From an uncultured Methylomirabilota bacterium (GTDB lineage Bacteria; Methylomirabilota; Methylomirabilia; Methylomirabilales; 2-02-FULL-66-22): a stretch of DNA of 64,000 nucleotides. How positions within the stretch are numbered: the stretch's first letter is position 1; the number at the start of each line of letters is the position of its first letter. The notes beneath the pieces are model-generated. The model had not been told where the DNA came from and made no database searches. It was given only the letters and a program-made list of their open reading frames with translations. The translations under genes and the position numbers were made by a program. Positions 1 to 9,900 of this stretch are shown here, in pieces. The DNA lies in contig OY970067.1 of the NCBI GenBank assembly GCA_963705305.1, positions 5,152,001-5,216,000 of the forward strand. The letters run 5' to 3'.

Positions 1-2
1 TC

Positions 3-1685
3 CTGACGCGGCTGACGGCCTTCCGCGGAACGCCGCGGCTGGCCGGCTCCCTGGCCTACGAGGCGCCGGGTCGCGAACGGGCGATCCTGGCCGTCCTCCA
101 GGAATTCATCGCCAACGAGGGGGATGCCTGGACGGGCATGCAGCGCCGGCTGGCGGAGTACTACGCGGCGGCATCCAACGGCCACGGCGCGGACGAGGGG
201 GGCGACCCCGTGTTCGCCCGAACCCTGGCAGCCGCGGATGCCCGGGAGATGGTGCGCCTGGGGGCGTTGACCGGCCAGCTCCACATGGCGCTGGCCTCCG
301 CCCCCCCGGGCACGCCGCTGGCCCCCGAGCTTGTCGCGGAGGAGGATGTGGCGGCCTGGCTGGGGGCCATGGAGGCATTCGCCGACCGGGTGCTGGCCGC
401 TCTCTCGGCCGCGCTCCCCACCCTTCCCGAGTCGCTGCGGGCGACGGCCCAAGGAATTGTCGAGGAGGCGCCGCGCCTGCGGGATGTCCTTGCGGATGTT
501 CGGCTGCTCACGGCCGGGAGTGTCACCAAGATCCGGATTCACGGAGACTATCACCTGGGGCAGGTCCTCACGGCGGGGGAGGGGTTCGTCATCCTGGATT
601 TCGAGGGCGAGCCCGTCCGGCCGCTGGCCGAGCGGCGCGCCAAGCAGTGCCCGCTGAAGGATGTGGCCGGCATGCTGCGCTCCTTTGCCTACGCAACCCA
701 GGCCGCGCTCTTCCGCGCCGGCGAGGCCAGTCCGGAGGACGCCGGCCTGGCCGGGCGCCTGGCTCCCTGGGCCGAGAACTGGGAGGAGGGAGTTCGCCGG
801 GCCTTCCTGGCGGGCTACCTGGCCGAGACCTGGGAGCGGGGGGCCTCCTTCCTCCCCCGCGACCGGGAGACGCTGGAGGCCGTCCTTCGCGCCTACGAGC
901 TGGACAAGGCCGTCTACGAGCTGGAGTACGAGATGCAGAACCGCCCCGCCTGGGTTCGCATCCCGCTGGAGGGTCTGCGGCGGGCGGCGGCTGCAGCGCC
1001 GAAGCCCAAGGCGGCCCCGGCGGTGGCCGGCGCCGGCCCTTTTCACTTCGTGGCCTGCCTGGAGCTGCGCGAGTTCGTAGGCGTCCGGGCGGAGAATGAG
1101 CGCCAGCTGGCCGAGCTGATCGAGGAGGTGCCGCTGGATTCCATCTACCACCACACCCACGGGCTCTTCCTGCGGCACAAATTCGTGGCCGGGGCCTATC
1201 CCAACGACTTTGCTACCTGGGCCGCCATCCAGGTGCGGGATCGGGTGCTGGGAGAGCGACTGGCCATGGTGGATCCGTCCGAGTTTCCCAACCTCCAGGC
1301 CCTGCGGGAGGAGCTGGTGGCCGTCATCGACGATCACCTGCGCGGCCTCCAGTTCGCCCCGGGCGTCATCGCGGGCGAGCCGTTCGACTTCATCCAGTCC
1401 CGCACGGTCGAGATCCCCACGGGGATCCGGGTTCGCAGCCTGCAGGAGTTCCGGGACGCCCTGCTGGAGGTGGATGTCAGCGCCATCTACTTCCACCTGG
1501 TGGAGGCGCGCATGCGCCTGGGACGGGGCCAGAACGATTTCGCCGCCTGGCTGGACGAGCTGGGCGAGGCCGAGCTGGCGGCCAAGGTTCGGACCGTGGA
1601 TCCGTACGCGGGGAGCCTGGAGCGCACGCGGACCCGGCTGATTCAGCTCTGTGACGAGGCCCTGGCGGCCGGGGAGGGACGCTGA
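3..1685 (+). CDS. Maltokinase (Mak/Pep2-type phosphotransferase, 5'-partial) fused to a C-terminal DUF5752/OrfY-like tandem domain
   Basis: Frame is open from window start. QEFIANEGDAW, IRIHGDYHLGQVL, ILDFEGEP, DVAGMLRSF and YELDKAVYELEYE are maltokinase motifs. After a Pro/Ala linker come two repeats of the DUF5752 pattern (SIYHH..NDFATW / SAIYFH..NDFAAW). Confidence 0.85.
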   Translation: MTRLTAFRGTPRLAGSLAYEAPGRERAILAVLQEFIANEGDAWTGMQRRLAEYYAAASNGHGADEGGDPVFARTLAAADAREMVRLGALTGQLHMALASAPPGTPLAPELVAEEDVAAWLGAMEAFADRVLAALSAALPTLPESLRATAQGIVEEAPRLRDVLADVRLLTAGSVTKIRIHGDYHLGQVLTAGEGFVILDFEGEPVRPLAERRAKQCPLKDVAGMLRSFAYATQAALFRAGEASPEDAGLAGRLAPWAENWEEGVRRAFLAGYLAETWERGASFLPRDRETLEAVLRAYELDKAVYELEYEMQNRPAWVRIPLEGLRRAAAAAPKPKAAPAVAGAGPFHFVACLELREFVGVRAENERQLAELIEEVPLDSIYHHTHGLFLRHKFVAGAYPNDFATWAAIQVRDRVLGERLAMVDPSEFPNLQALREELVAVIDDHLRGLQFAPGVIAGEPFDFIQSRTVEIPTGIRVRSLQEFRDALLEVDVSAIYFHLVEARMRLGRGQNDFAAWLDELGEAELAAKVRTVDPYAGSLERTRTRLIQLCDEALAAGEGR

Positions 1686-2884
1686 TGCCGGCCCGCCTGG
1701 AGGATTACCGGGAGGTCGCGCCGCGGGGGACGATCGACCTCCTGGTCCGGCTGGCCGAACGGCTGCAGGGTCGACGGTTCCTGCACGTGAACGCCAGCCG
1801 CTACGGGGCCGGAACGCCCGAGATCCTCAACCGGCTGGTGCCGATGCTGCGGGAGCTGGGGATCGATGCCGCCTGGGAGGTCGTGGTCGGCGACCCGGAT
1901 TTCTATACCAGCGTGCGGACCCTCGAGTCGGCGCTGGAGGGGCAGCCCGAACCGATTGCGCCGTCCGTCGTGCAGGCTTACACGGCCCCCGCCGCCCGAA
2001 ACGCCGCCGAGCTTCCCCTCGAGGCCGATCTGGTCATGCTGCACGACTTGGCCCCCCTGCCCCTGGCCCGCCATCGTCCCTCCCACGGCCGCTGGATCTG
2101 GCGCTGCCACACGGATCTGTCCAGGGCGTACCGGCGCGCCTGGCACCTGATCCGGCGGGAGGCGGAGCGGTGCGACGCCGCCGTCTTCTCGCTGCCGCGC
2201 TTTGCCCAGCGCCTGGGCGTCCCGATGCTCCTCATCCACCCTTCGGTGGATCCCCTCAGCGAGAAGAATCGCGACCTCGGCCGCCGCGACATCCAGCAGG
2301 TCCTGGCCCGCTTCGGCATCCCGCAGGACAAGCCGCTGCTCCTCCAGGTGGCGCCCTACGCCAGGAACAAGGACCCCCTGGGCGTGATTCAGGCCTACCG
2401 GCTGGCCAAGAAGTACGTGGACTGCCGCCTGATCCTGGCGGGATGGGGGGCGGCCGACAATCCGGAGGGCACCGCCGTCCTGGCGGACGTGCAGCAGTTC
2501 GCCGCCCGGGATCCCGACATCCACCCCCTGCTGCTGCCTCCCGATGCGGCGCTGGAGATCAACGCGCTGCAGCGCGCGGCGGCCATCGTGGTGCACAAAC
2601 CCCTGCAGGAGGACTTCGGATTGGCGGCAGCCGAAGCAATGTGGAAGGGGAAGCCGGTCATCGGCAGCCCCGCCGGCGGCCTCCCGACCCAGGTGATTTT
2701 CGAGGTCACCGGCTACATCGTGAATTCGGTCGAGGGGGCCGCCTTCCGGATTCGCCAGCTCCTGCAGAATCCGGACCTCATGATCCGGCTGGGCGGGGCC
2801 GCGCGGGAGTACGTCCGGCGGAATTTCCTGATCACCAGGCATCTGGGCGACTACCTGGCGCTCCTGGCCAACCTCACCGGATAG
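1685..2884 (+). CDS. TreT-like GT4 glycosyltransferase (divergent paralog)
   Basis: WIWRCHTD, HPSVDPLSEKN, EINALQR, EDFGL..EAMWK; colinear with 5572..6837. TGATG stop/start coupling to the upstream gene. Confidence 0.85.
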   Translation: MPARLEDYREVAPRGTIDLLVRLAERLQGRRFLHVNASRYGAGTPEILNRLVPMLRELGIDAAWEVVVGDPDFYTSVRTLESALEGQPEPIAPSVVQAYTAPAARNAAELPLEADLVMLHDLAPLPLARHRPSHGRWIWRCHTDLSRAYRRAWHLIRREAERCDAAVFSLPRFAQRLGVPMLLIHPSVDPLSEKNRDLGRRDIQQVLARFGIPQDKPLLLQVAPYARNKDPLGVIQAYRLAKKYVDCRLILAGWGAADNPEGTAVLADVQQFAARDPDIHPLLLPPDAALEINALQRAAAIVVHKPLQEDFGLAAAEAMWKGKPVIGSPAGGLPTQVIFEVTGYIVNSVEGAAFRIRQLLQNPDLMIRLGGAAREYVRRNFLITRHLGDYLALLANLTG

Positions 2885-2892
2885 GGGTTTGC

Positions 2893-4140
2893 ATGACGGA
2901 TACCATGCGCGCCGAGGATCTGCTCGCGGCTTCGGACCTCGCGGCGGTCGACGCCGCCGGACCGGTGGAGATCCTCGCGGGCCTGCATGCGGTCAACCAG
3001 GCCCGCAGTTTGCCCCAGCTTCTGGCGGCGACCGCCGGCGCCCTGGAACAGTCCTTCTCGGATCGGAAGGGATTGATCCTGGTGGCGGATGGGGGATCCG
3101 GGGATGAGACGCCGGAGGTCATGCAGGCCTGGACAAGCGCGCATTCGGACGCGCCGGCGATCCGCTGGCTGCGCCTGCCGGGTCAGCCCAGTCGGGGCCG
3201 GGCCGTCCTGGCCGTCCTGACGGTCGCCCTCCGTCTCCAGGCGACGGCCGTCGCGGTGGTCGATGCCGGTCTGGTGAGCCTGACCCCCGCGGGGATTGCG
3301 GGGCTGCTCGAGCCCCCGCTGGCCGGATCGGCGGCGTACGTCTCCCCCGCGTACGCCCACGCGGTCTCCGAGGGAACGCTCACCACCAACCTCCTGGCCC
3401 CCATGGCCCGCGCGCTGTACGGGGCGGGGATCCAGCAGATCCTGGGCGGCTGTGCCGGGATCAGCCGCAGCTTTCTGGAGCAATTCCTCCAGGCCGTCGG
3501 CGCGGAGCGGGACGCCGCCGAGCGCGGGGCGGAGATCTGGCTGCCGGTCGAGGCAATAGCGTCCCGGGCCGCCATCCAGGAGTCGTTCCAGGGTCGCAAG
3601 CGGCTGGACCCGGGGCTGGCCCCGCCGGACCTCGCCACCATCCTGGCCCGGACGGCAGGACCGTTCTTCGCCCTGATGGAGCGGTACCAGGAGGTCTGGC
3701 GGGACAGCCCGCGCTTCGGGGCGGTGCCGCAGTCGGGGGGAGCCGCGACGGTGTCGACAGAGATCGGGGAGGCGAATCTGGATCGAATGGTCCGGGGATT
3801 CCGCATGGGCCTCAAAGATCTGCTCCCGGTCTGGGAGCAGGTCCTGGCCGAAGAGACCCTGTCACAGCTCTACCCCCTGAGCCTTCCCGCCCCCGAGGAT
3901 TTCCGGTTTCCGGCCCCCTTGTGGGCGCGGGTCGCCTGCGACTTCGCCCTGGCGCACCACGAGCGCCGCCTGTCCCGGGACCACTTGCTTCGCGCCCTCA
4001 CCCCGCTCTACCTCGGCCGGGTGGCGGGCTTCCTCGCGGAGGTCCAGGCGGGGCCTCCCGGGCGTCTCGCCCAGACTCTGGAGGAGATCGGTCGGACCTT
4101 CGAGAAGGAAGTGGACTCCTTGCGAGCGCGATGGAGGTGA
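2893..4140 (+). CDS. Glucosylglycerate-synthase-like GT-A glycosyltransferase (divergent)
   Basis: VADGGSGDET, GTLTTNLLAPMARALYG, LWARVACDFALA, LTPLYLGRVAGF, EEIGRTFE..RW match the Ggs-like family. ATG at 2893 lies within ORF 1651..4140. Confidence 0.7.
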   Translation: MTDTMRAEDLLAASDLAAVDAAGPVEILAGLHAVNQARSLPQLLAATAGALEQSFSDRKGLILVADGGSGDETPEVMQAWTSAHSDAPAIRWLRLPGQPSRGRAVLAVLTVALRLQATAVAVVDAGLVSLTPAGIAGLLEPPLAGSAAYVSPAYAHAVSEGTLTTNLLAPMARALYGAGIQQILGGCAGISRSFLEQFLQAVGAERDAAERGAEIWLPVEAIASRAAIQESFQGRKRLDPGLAPPDLATILARTAGPFFALMERYQEVWRDSPRFGAVPQSGGAATVSTEIGEANLDRMVRGFRMGLKDLLPVWEQVLAEETLSQLYPLSLPAPEDFRFPAPLWARVACDFALAHHERRLSRDHLLRALTPLYLGRVAGFLAEVQAGPPGRLAQTLEEIGRTFEKEVDSLRARWR

Positions 4141-4143
4141 GCG

Positions 4144-4845
4144 ATGCACGACACATGGACGGACATCCTGGTCACCTCGTTCCAGGAGGTGATGCACCGA
4201 CTGGCCCGGGTGGCGCCCCGCATCCTGGCCCTGGCGACCTTGATCCTCATCGGCTGGATCGCGGCCTCCCTCGTCCGCCGCCTCGTGATCCGCATCCTCG
4301 CCGCGGTCGACTTCGACCGCCGGTGCGCCCGCGGCGGCCTCACCGCCCCCCTGGAACGGGCGGGGATGCGGCAGCCTCCCACGGTCCTGGTCGGCCGCAT
4401 CATCTACTGGCTGATCTTTTTGATTGCGCTCCTGATGGGTGTCGAGGCGCTGGAGATGCCGGCCACCACCGGGCTGGTCAGCATGGTGCTCCGCTTCCTG
4501 CCGAACCTCATCGTCGCGAGCCTGGTCATGGTCACGGGATGGCTGCTGGCCAATTTCCTGGCCCAGGCCGTCCTGATCGGCGCCGTCAACGCCCAGATAA
4601 CCGGCGCGCCCCTCATCGCTGCGGGTGCCCGCTGGCTGGTCCTGGTCTTCGCCGGGGCGGCGGCCCTGACGCAGCTGGGGATCGCCCGCGAGATGGTCCT
4701 GCTGGCATTCGGGATCGCCTTCGGCGGAACCGTGCTGGCCCTGGCCCTGGCCTTCGGTCTGGGCGGAAAGGACCTGGCGCGCGAGATCCTGGAGAGCCGG
4801 CTGCGCAAGCGGGAGGAGGACCACGACCGGATGACGCACGTCTGA
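4144..4845 (+). CDS. MscS-associated TM-helix repeat membrane protein (CmpX-like)
   Basis: Two repeats (PRILALA.LILIGW / LPNLIVA.LVMVTGW) and the C-terminal ALALAFGLGGKDLAREIL; no cytoplasmic MscS cage domain. Confidence 0.8.
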   Translation: MHDTWTDILVTSFQEVMHRLARVAPRILALATLILIGWIAASLVRRLVIRILAAVDFDRRCARGGLTAPLERAGMRQPPTVLVGRIIYWLIFLIALLMGVEALEMPATTGLVSMVLRFLPNLIVASLVMVTGWLLANFLAQAVLIGAVNAQITGAPLIAAGARWLVLVFAGAAALTQLGIAREMVLLAFGIAFGGTVLALALAFGLGGKDLAREILESRLRKREEDHDRMTHV

Positions 4846-4859
4846 GCCGGCATCCGGCC

Positions 4860-4883
4860 TTGGTCATTGGTCATTGGTCATTG
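4860..4883. repeat. Heptamer tandem repeat (TTGGTCA)x3 plus partial unit
   Basis: ttggtca ttggtca ttggtca ttg read directly in the intergenic gap. Confidence 0.8.
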
Positions 4884-4924
4884 ATTGATTGGGGTTCGGT
4901 CATTCGCAGTAAGGAGGGGAACCT

Positions 4925-5575
4925 GTGCGAGTTGTGGCCAACCAGCCCTTCACGTTTTACAGCGCCGCCCACATCGTGGAGCTGACCGGGCGGGAGGCCG
5001 CCAGCCTGCCGGAGCTGCGGGACGGCATCCGCGAGGTCACCGGCTCTAGCATCTTTCACCACACCTTCGGCGCCCTCCGCGATCGGCCCTTCGCCGCGCA
5101 GCGCTACACCAGCGACTTCGCCCGCTGGACGGCGGAGGTTCTCCAGGATTGGCCCGTCGCCGAGCGCCTGGCCTTCATGGACCCGACCGAATTCCCCTCC
5201 ATCCGCGCGTTGCGCGAGCGCATTCTCCAGGTGATCGATGACCGTCTGGCCGAGGGGCCGGAGGTTGCGCACGCGCCGCCGGGCCGGGAATTTCACTTCA
5301 CCCAATCCATCAGCATCATCTATCCGGTCGGCCGCCAGGCCCAGACGCTCTCGGAGCTTCGGGAGGGCATCCGGACGGCCGGCGCCCGCAGTCTTTTCTT
5401 CCACCTGGTGGAAGCGCGCCTCCGGATCGGACGCTGCACCAACGACCTGTCCACCTGGCTGGGCGACAGCCTGGAGGCCCCCGTCCTGGCCGGGCGCCTG
5501 GACAAGCTCGATCTCCTGGTCACCTCGCCGGAGGAGATCCGGCAGCAGGTGCTGGCGGCGCTGGAGGCGGCATGA
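4925..5575 (+). CDS. DUF5752 (OrfY-like) protein
   Basis: PFTFYS..SSIFHH..SDFARW and SLFFHLVEARLR..NDLSTW internal repeat; RBS aaggagg; homologous to the C-terminus of the first gene. Confidence 0.85.
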   Translation: MRVVANQPFTFYSAAHIVELTGREAASLPELRDGIREVTGSSIFHHTFGALRDRPFAAQRYTSDFARWTAEVLQDWPVAERLAFMDPTEFPSIRALRERILQVIDDRLAEGPEVAHAPPGREFHFTQSISIIYPVGRQAQTLSELREGIRTAGARSLFFHLVEARLRIGRCTNDLSTWLGDSLEAPVLAGRLDKLDLLVTSPEEIRQQVLAALEAA

Positions 5576-6837
5576 GCTCACCCCACGTTCGGCTGGATGA
5601 TTATGTCCCGGTGATCGGATCCGCGGCCGTCGAGGAGATCCGCGCCCTGGCGCGATTCCTCGGGGGTCGCCGCGTCGTGATGGTGAACTCGACCGCGGTG
5701 GGCGGCGGTGTGGCGGAGCTCTTGAATCGCCTGATCCCCCTGCTGGACGATCTGGGCATTCCCACCCGCTGGGAGGTCCTGCAAGGGAACGAGGACTTCT
5801 TCGCCGCGACCAAGGCCATTCACAATGCCCTCCACGGCGCCCCGGCGGAGCTGACGGAGGCCATGCGGGAGACATTCCGCCGGGTCAATGCCGACAACGC
5901 GGCGCGACTGGACCTCGGCGCCGATCTCGTCGTGATCCACGACCCCCAGCCGGCAGCCCTGATCCTCTCCCGCCGGGAAGGCGCGGGACACTGGGTCTGG
6001 CGCTGCCATGTCGACGTGTCGCGCCCCCATCCGGCGGTCTGGGAATTCCTGCACCAGTACATGATCCGGTACGACGCCTCGGTCTTCTCCGCGCCGGAGT
6101 TCTCCCAGGTCCTGCCCATCACCCAGTACATGATCCATCCGGCCATCGATCCGCTGGCCGAGAAGAACCGGGACCTGGCGCCGGCCGAGATCGAGGCGGT
6201 CCTGGCGCGTTTCGGCATCCGGGACGACCGGCCCATCGTGACCCAGATCTCCCGTTTCGACCGCCTCAAGGATCCGGTCGGGGTCATCCAGGCCTACCGG
6301 CTGGCCCGGCGGACCGTGGAGTGCCAGCTGGTGCTGGCGGGGGGCGGGGCCACGGACGACCCGGAGGGCGCGGCCGTCCTGGAGAAGGTACGCCGGGCGG
6401 CCGATGGCGACCCGCTGATCCACATCCTGGAGCTCCCCCCGTTCAGCGACCGGGAGATCAACGCGCTGCAGCGGGCCTCGGCGGTGGTGATCCAGAAGTC
6501 GTTGCGCGAGGGCTTCGGCCTCACCGTCACCGAGGCCCTCTGGAAGAAGCGGCCGGTCATCGCCTCGGCCGTGGGCGGGATCCCCCTGCAGGTGGTCCAC
6601 AACCTCACCGGCCTCCTGGTCCACTCGGTGGAGGGGACGGCCCATCGCATCCGCTCGCTGCTCCGCGATCCGCAGTTCGCGCGGCGGCTGGGGGAGACCG
6701 GCCACGCATACGTCAAGACCCGCTTCCTGACCACCAGCAACCTGCGCAGCTGGCTGTGTCTGGGGATCTCGCTGCTCCACCCCGGAGAGCGCATCATCCA
6801 GCTTGCATCTCCTCCGGTGCGGGTCAGCCGGCGCTGA
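5572..6837 (+). CDS. treT: Trehalose synthase TreT (GT4)
   Basis: Canonical VNST..GGGVAELL, HNALHG, HDPQP, WRCHVD, QISRFD..KDP, REGFGLTVTEALWK. Confidence 0.88.
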   Translation: MSSPHVRLDDYVPVIGSAAVEEIRALARFLGGRRVVMVNSTAVGGGVAELLNRLIPLLDDLGIPTRWEVLQGNEDFFAATKAIHNALHGAPAELTEAMRETFRRVNADNAARLDLGADLVVIHDPQPAALILSRREGAGHWVWRCHVDVSRPHPAVWEFLHQYMIRYDASVFSAPEFSQVLPITQYMIHPAIDPLAEKNRDLAPAEIEAVLARFGIRDDRPIVTQISRFDRLKDPVGVIQAYRLARRTVECQLVLAGGGATDDPEGAAVLEKVRRAADGDPLIHILELPPFSDREINALQRASAVVIQKSLREGFGLTVTEALWKKRPVIASAVGGIPLQVVHNLTGLLVHSVEGTAHRIRSLLRDPQFARRLGETGHAYVKTRFLTTSNLRSWLCLGISLLHPGERIIQLASPPVRVSRR

Positions 6838-6964
6838 GCCCGGGACCACGTGTGCGCCGTGGCGGCGTCTTGACTTCTTTCAACGCCGTCCCGGAATCAC
6901 CCGGCGCCGATCCAGCTTCGCATTGCACCTGGAGACTCCCTGAATTAGGATACATATCTTCACC

Positions 6965-9900
6965 ATGAACACACTCCCTGCGGACGCCCGACATCGCCCC
7001 CCCACAGGCCGCCGCTGGCGGCTTGCCGTCTTGGCCGGGATCCTCATCCTGGCCGGAATTGCGATCGCCTTCTGGCTGGCCGTCCGCGCGTACGCCCCCG
7101 CCCTGACGCGCGAGCGCATCCAGGCCGCACTCGGCGAGGCCCTGGGGCGCCCAGTCCGCATCCAGCGGGTTGTCCTCCAGCCCTGGCGCAGACGGGTCGT
7201 CCTGATGGATGTCAGCGTGGCCTCTGGCCCGAGCCGGACCGGGGCCCCGATGCTGCGCCTGGCCCGGGCCGAGGTGACCGCGGGGATCCGCAGTCTCTGG
7301 GAGCTCCAGGTAGTCCTGTCCAGGATCCGCCTGACCGATCTCGACCTGGCCCTCACGGCGGGACCATCCGAGAGCACGCCGCCGCCTCTCGTGCTTTCGA
7401 ATCATTTCCAGGCCGGACCGATCAGCCTCCGGATCGAGGAGATCGTTCTCCAGCACGGGCGCATCTCCTACAGCGATTCACAGAACCGCCGCAATCTTCT
7501 CGTCCAGGACCTGGAGGCCCGTCTGCGCCTGAGCCCTCGGGAGACCGGCGTGTCCGCCCAGGCCGGCGCGATTCGGTTCATCGCACCGGGCGTGGATGAG
7601 CGCCTGGACCGGCTGCAGCTGGACGGTCGGACCCTCCCGGACCGGATCGCCATCCAAAGCCTGTCGGCCCGCTGGCAGGGCCGCGAGCTTTCCCTGCGCG
7701 GCGAGGTCCGCCACCCGCTGTCGGCGCCGGACCTCTCCCTGCGCCTCCAGGCGACGGTGGACCTCGCCGACCTGGGGCGCCGGACAGGCCTCCATGTCGG
7801 GCTCGCCGGGATCGCCACCCTGCAAGCCGACCTACAGGGCGCCTTGGCTTCCCCGCGGGCGGCCGTACGAGTTGCCGTGCCGGATCTTGGCGTCGGACCG
7901 GTGGCGGCGCGAGGAGTCCAGGTCACCGGCGAGGTGCGGGGCCCCGTTGCCGCTCCAGATATCAGGCTGGCCGCCCGCGGGGAGGTGGACCTCGCCCGCC
8001 TCGGGCGAGCCCTCCAGCTTCCCCTCCCGCTGGGCGGGACGGCCACGGCGGATCTCACCCTGCGTGGAGCGCTCGAGGCTCCGGAACTCGGCGGCCAGAT
8101 CACCATCCCGGACCTGACGGCCGGACCCGTCAAGGCACAACGGGTCTCCGTCCGCGGCCTCTGGGCCGGGGGGACCTTGCAGGTCGAGCGGATCACCGCC
8201 AACCTTTTCGGTGGGAGTTTGGATGGATCGCTCCGGATGCGGCCGGACCGGCTTCAGGAGACATCCCTCCGCGTGGCCTTCCGCCAAATCGCTCTGCCCG
8301 CCCTGAAGACGCTGATTCCGAGGGCCCCGCGATTCGGGGGGACGCTCGACCTGCAGGCCGAGGTTGCCGGCGACCCGCGGGATCCTGCGAGTCTCCGCGG
8401 CCGCCTCAGCCTGGAGGGCGCGGGGCTCCGGCTCCCCGGGGGGCTGGACAGGGCCGGCGCCGGCAGCCTGTCCGCCCAGGCCACCCTGCGCGACCAGTTG
8501 CTCGAGATCCATCGACTCACGGCCGTTTGGCCAGGGCTGCACGGGCAGGCCAGCGGCGGGGTTGGGCTGAGCGGGCCTGCCACCCTCCGTCTTCAGGCGC
8601 AGGGCGACCTCGGAGTCCTGGGGCCGATCTGGGGGCTCCCGGATGTGGCCGGAACGGTCCTCCTCACCGCCGGGGCCGACGGCCGCTGGCCGGCGCCACA
8701 GATCACCGGCCGGCTGCTCGCCCCCAGCCTCAACGCGGCCGGCACGCGGGTGGATCGCATCTCCATCCCCTTCCAACTGCGCGATCGCCGCCTGGAGGTC
8801 ACCGGCGCGGAGCTGACGCTGGGCCAAAGCCCCGTGACCGCCACAGGGGCGCTGTCCTGGACGCACCCGGGACTCCTCCCGCTGGACGACTGGCCACGGT
8901 CGGTCCAGGGCCGCCTGGGCCTCCGCGCCCCCGCGGTCCGCCTGGAGGATCTCGACCGCTGGATCCCGCCCGCGTGGCGGGGCACCGGCCAGCTGGCGGT
9001 CACGCTCCACCTGGCGGGCTCCCCCGCGGCGTGGGACGGATCGGGCAGCCTGGCCGCCGACCGCCTGCTGGGACCCGACCGGATCCCCATCCAAGACCTG
9101 CGAGCCGCTGTCAAGGCTGACTCCAGCCGGCTCGAGGTCACAGCCCTCCGGGCTAAGCTGCGCGGGGTGCCGGTGGACGGACACGGCACCTGGGAGTGGG
9201 CCGGGGCGGGGCGGGCGGAGGCGGATCTGGGACCGCTGGACCTGGCCGCGATCCCCGAGGCGCCCGAGCGGCTGGCGCTCCGCGGCGAGGCGAGAGGCCG
9301 CCTCCAAGCCACGTACCGGAACGGCGCGGTCAGCGCCGGCGGGACGTTCCACCTGGCGGCGGCATCGGCCCTCGGCCTGCCCCCGGGCAACGGCGAACTG
9401 ACCCTTTCACTGCAGCGAGGGGAGCTTCGCGCCATGCTCAGCCTGCCGGCCGCGCGCCTGGCGGGGCAGCTCGAGGGGAGGCTGGGCGCCCGGCCGGTCC
9501 TGACGGCCCATCTGACAGTCCAGGACCTGGCTCTGGGGCCGATCATTCGTCGGAGCGTACCGGGCCAGACGGTGCCCCTCGACGGTCAGCTGTCGCTCAC
9601 GGCCGCGGCCACGATCCCAACCGACCGCCCTTCAGCCACGCGGGCCACGCTGGAGCTGTACCCCGTTCGACTCCTGGTCGTCGAGGAGCGCTGGGAGAGC
9701 CCCGACCCCGTTCTCCTCCGCTGGGAAGGCGGTGCAGTCCACGTGGACCGCCTGCGTCTCACCAGTCGGCTGGGAACCCTCGCCGTGTCCGGAAGCGCCG
9801 ACCCCGCCGGAAAGCTGAGCCTCGCGCTTCGCGGCGCGTTCCCCCTGGGAATCCTGCCCGCCCTCTTGCCCCAGGTCCATGAGGCCGGGGGGACCCTGGA

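Noticed and set aside
1651..2892. N-terminal half of the 829-aa ORF as a fusion
   Set aside because: Arg/Pro/Gly-rich off-frame overlap of the TreT-like gene; the real protein starts at 2893.
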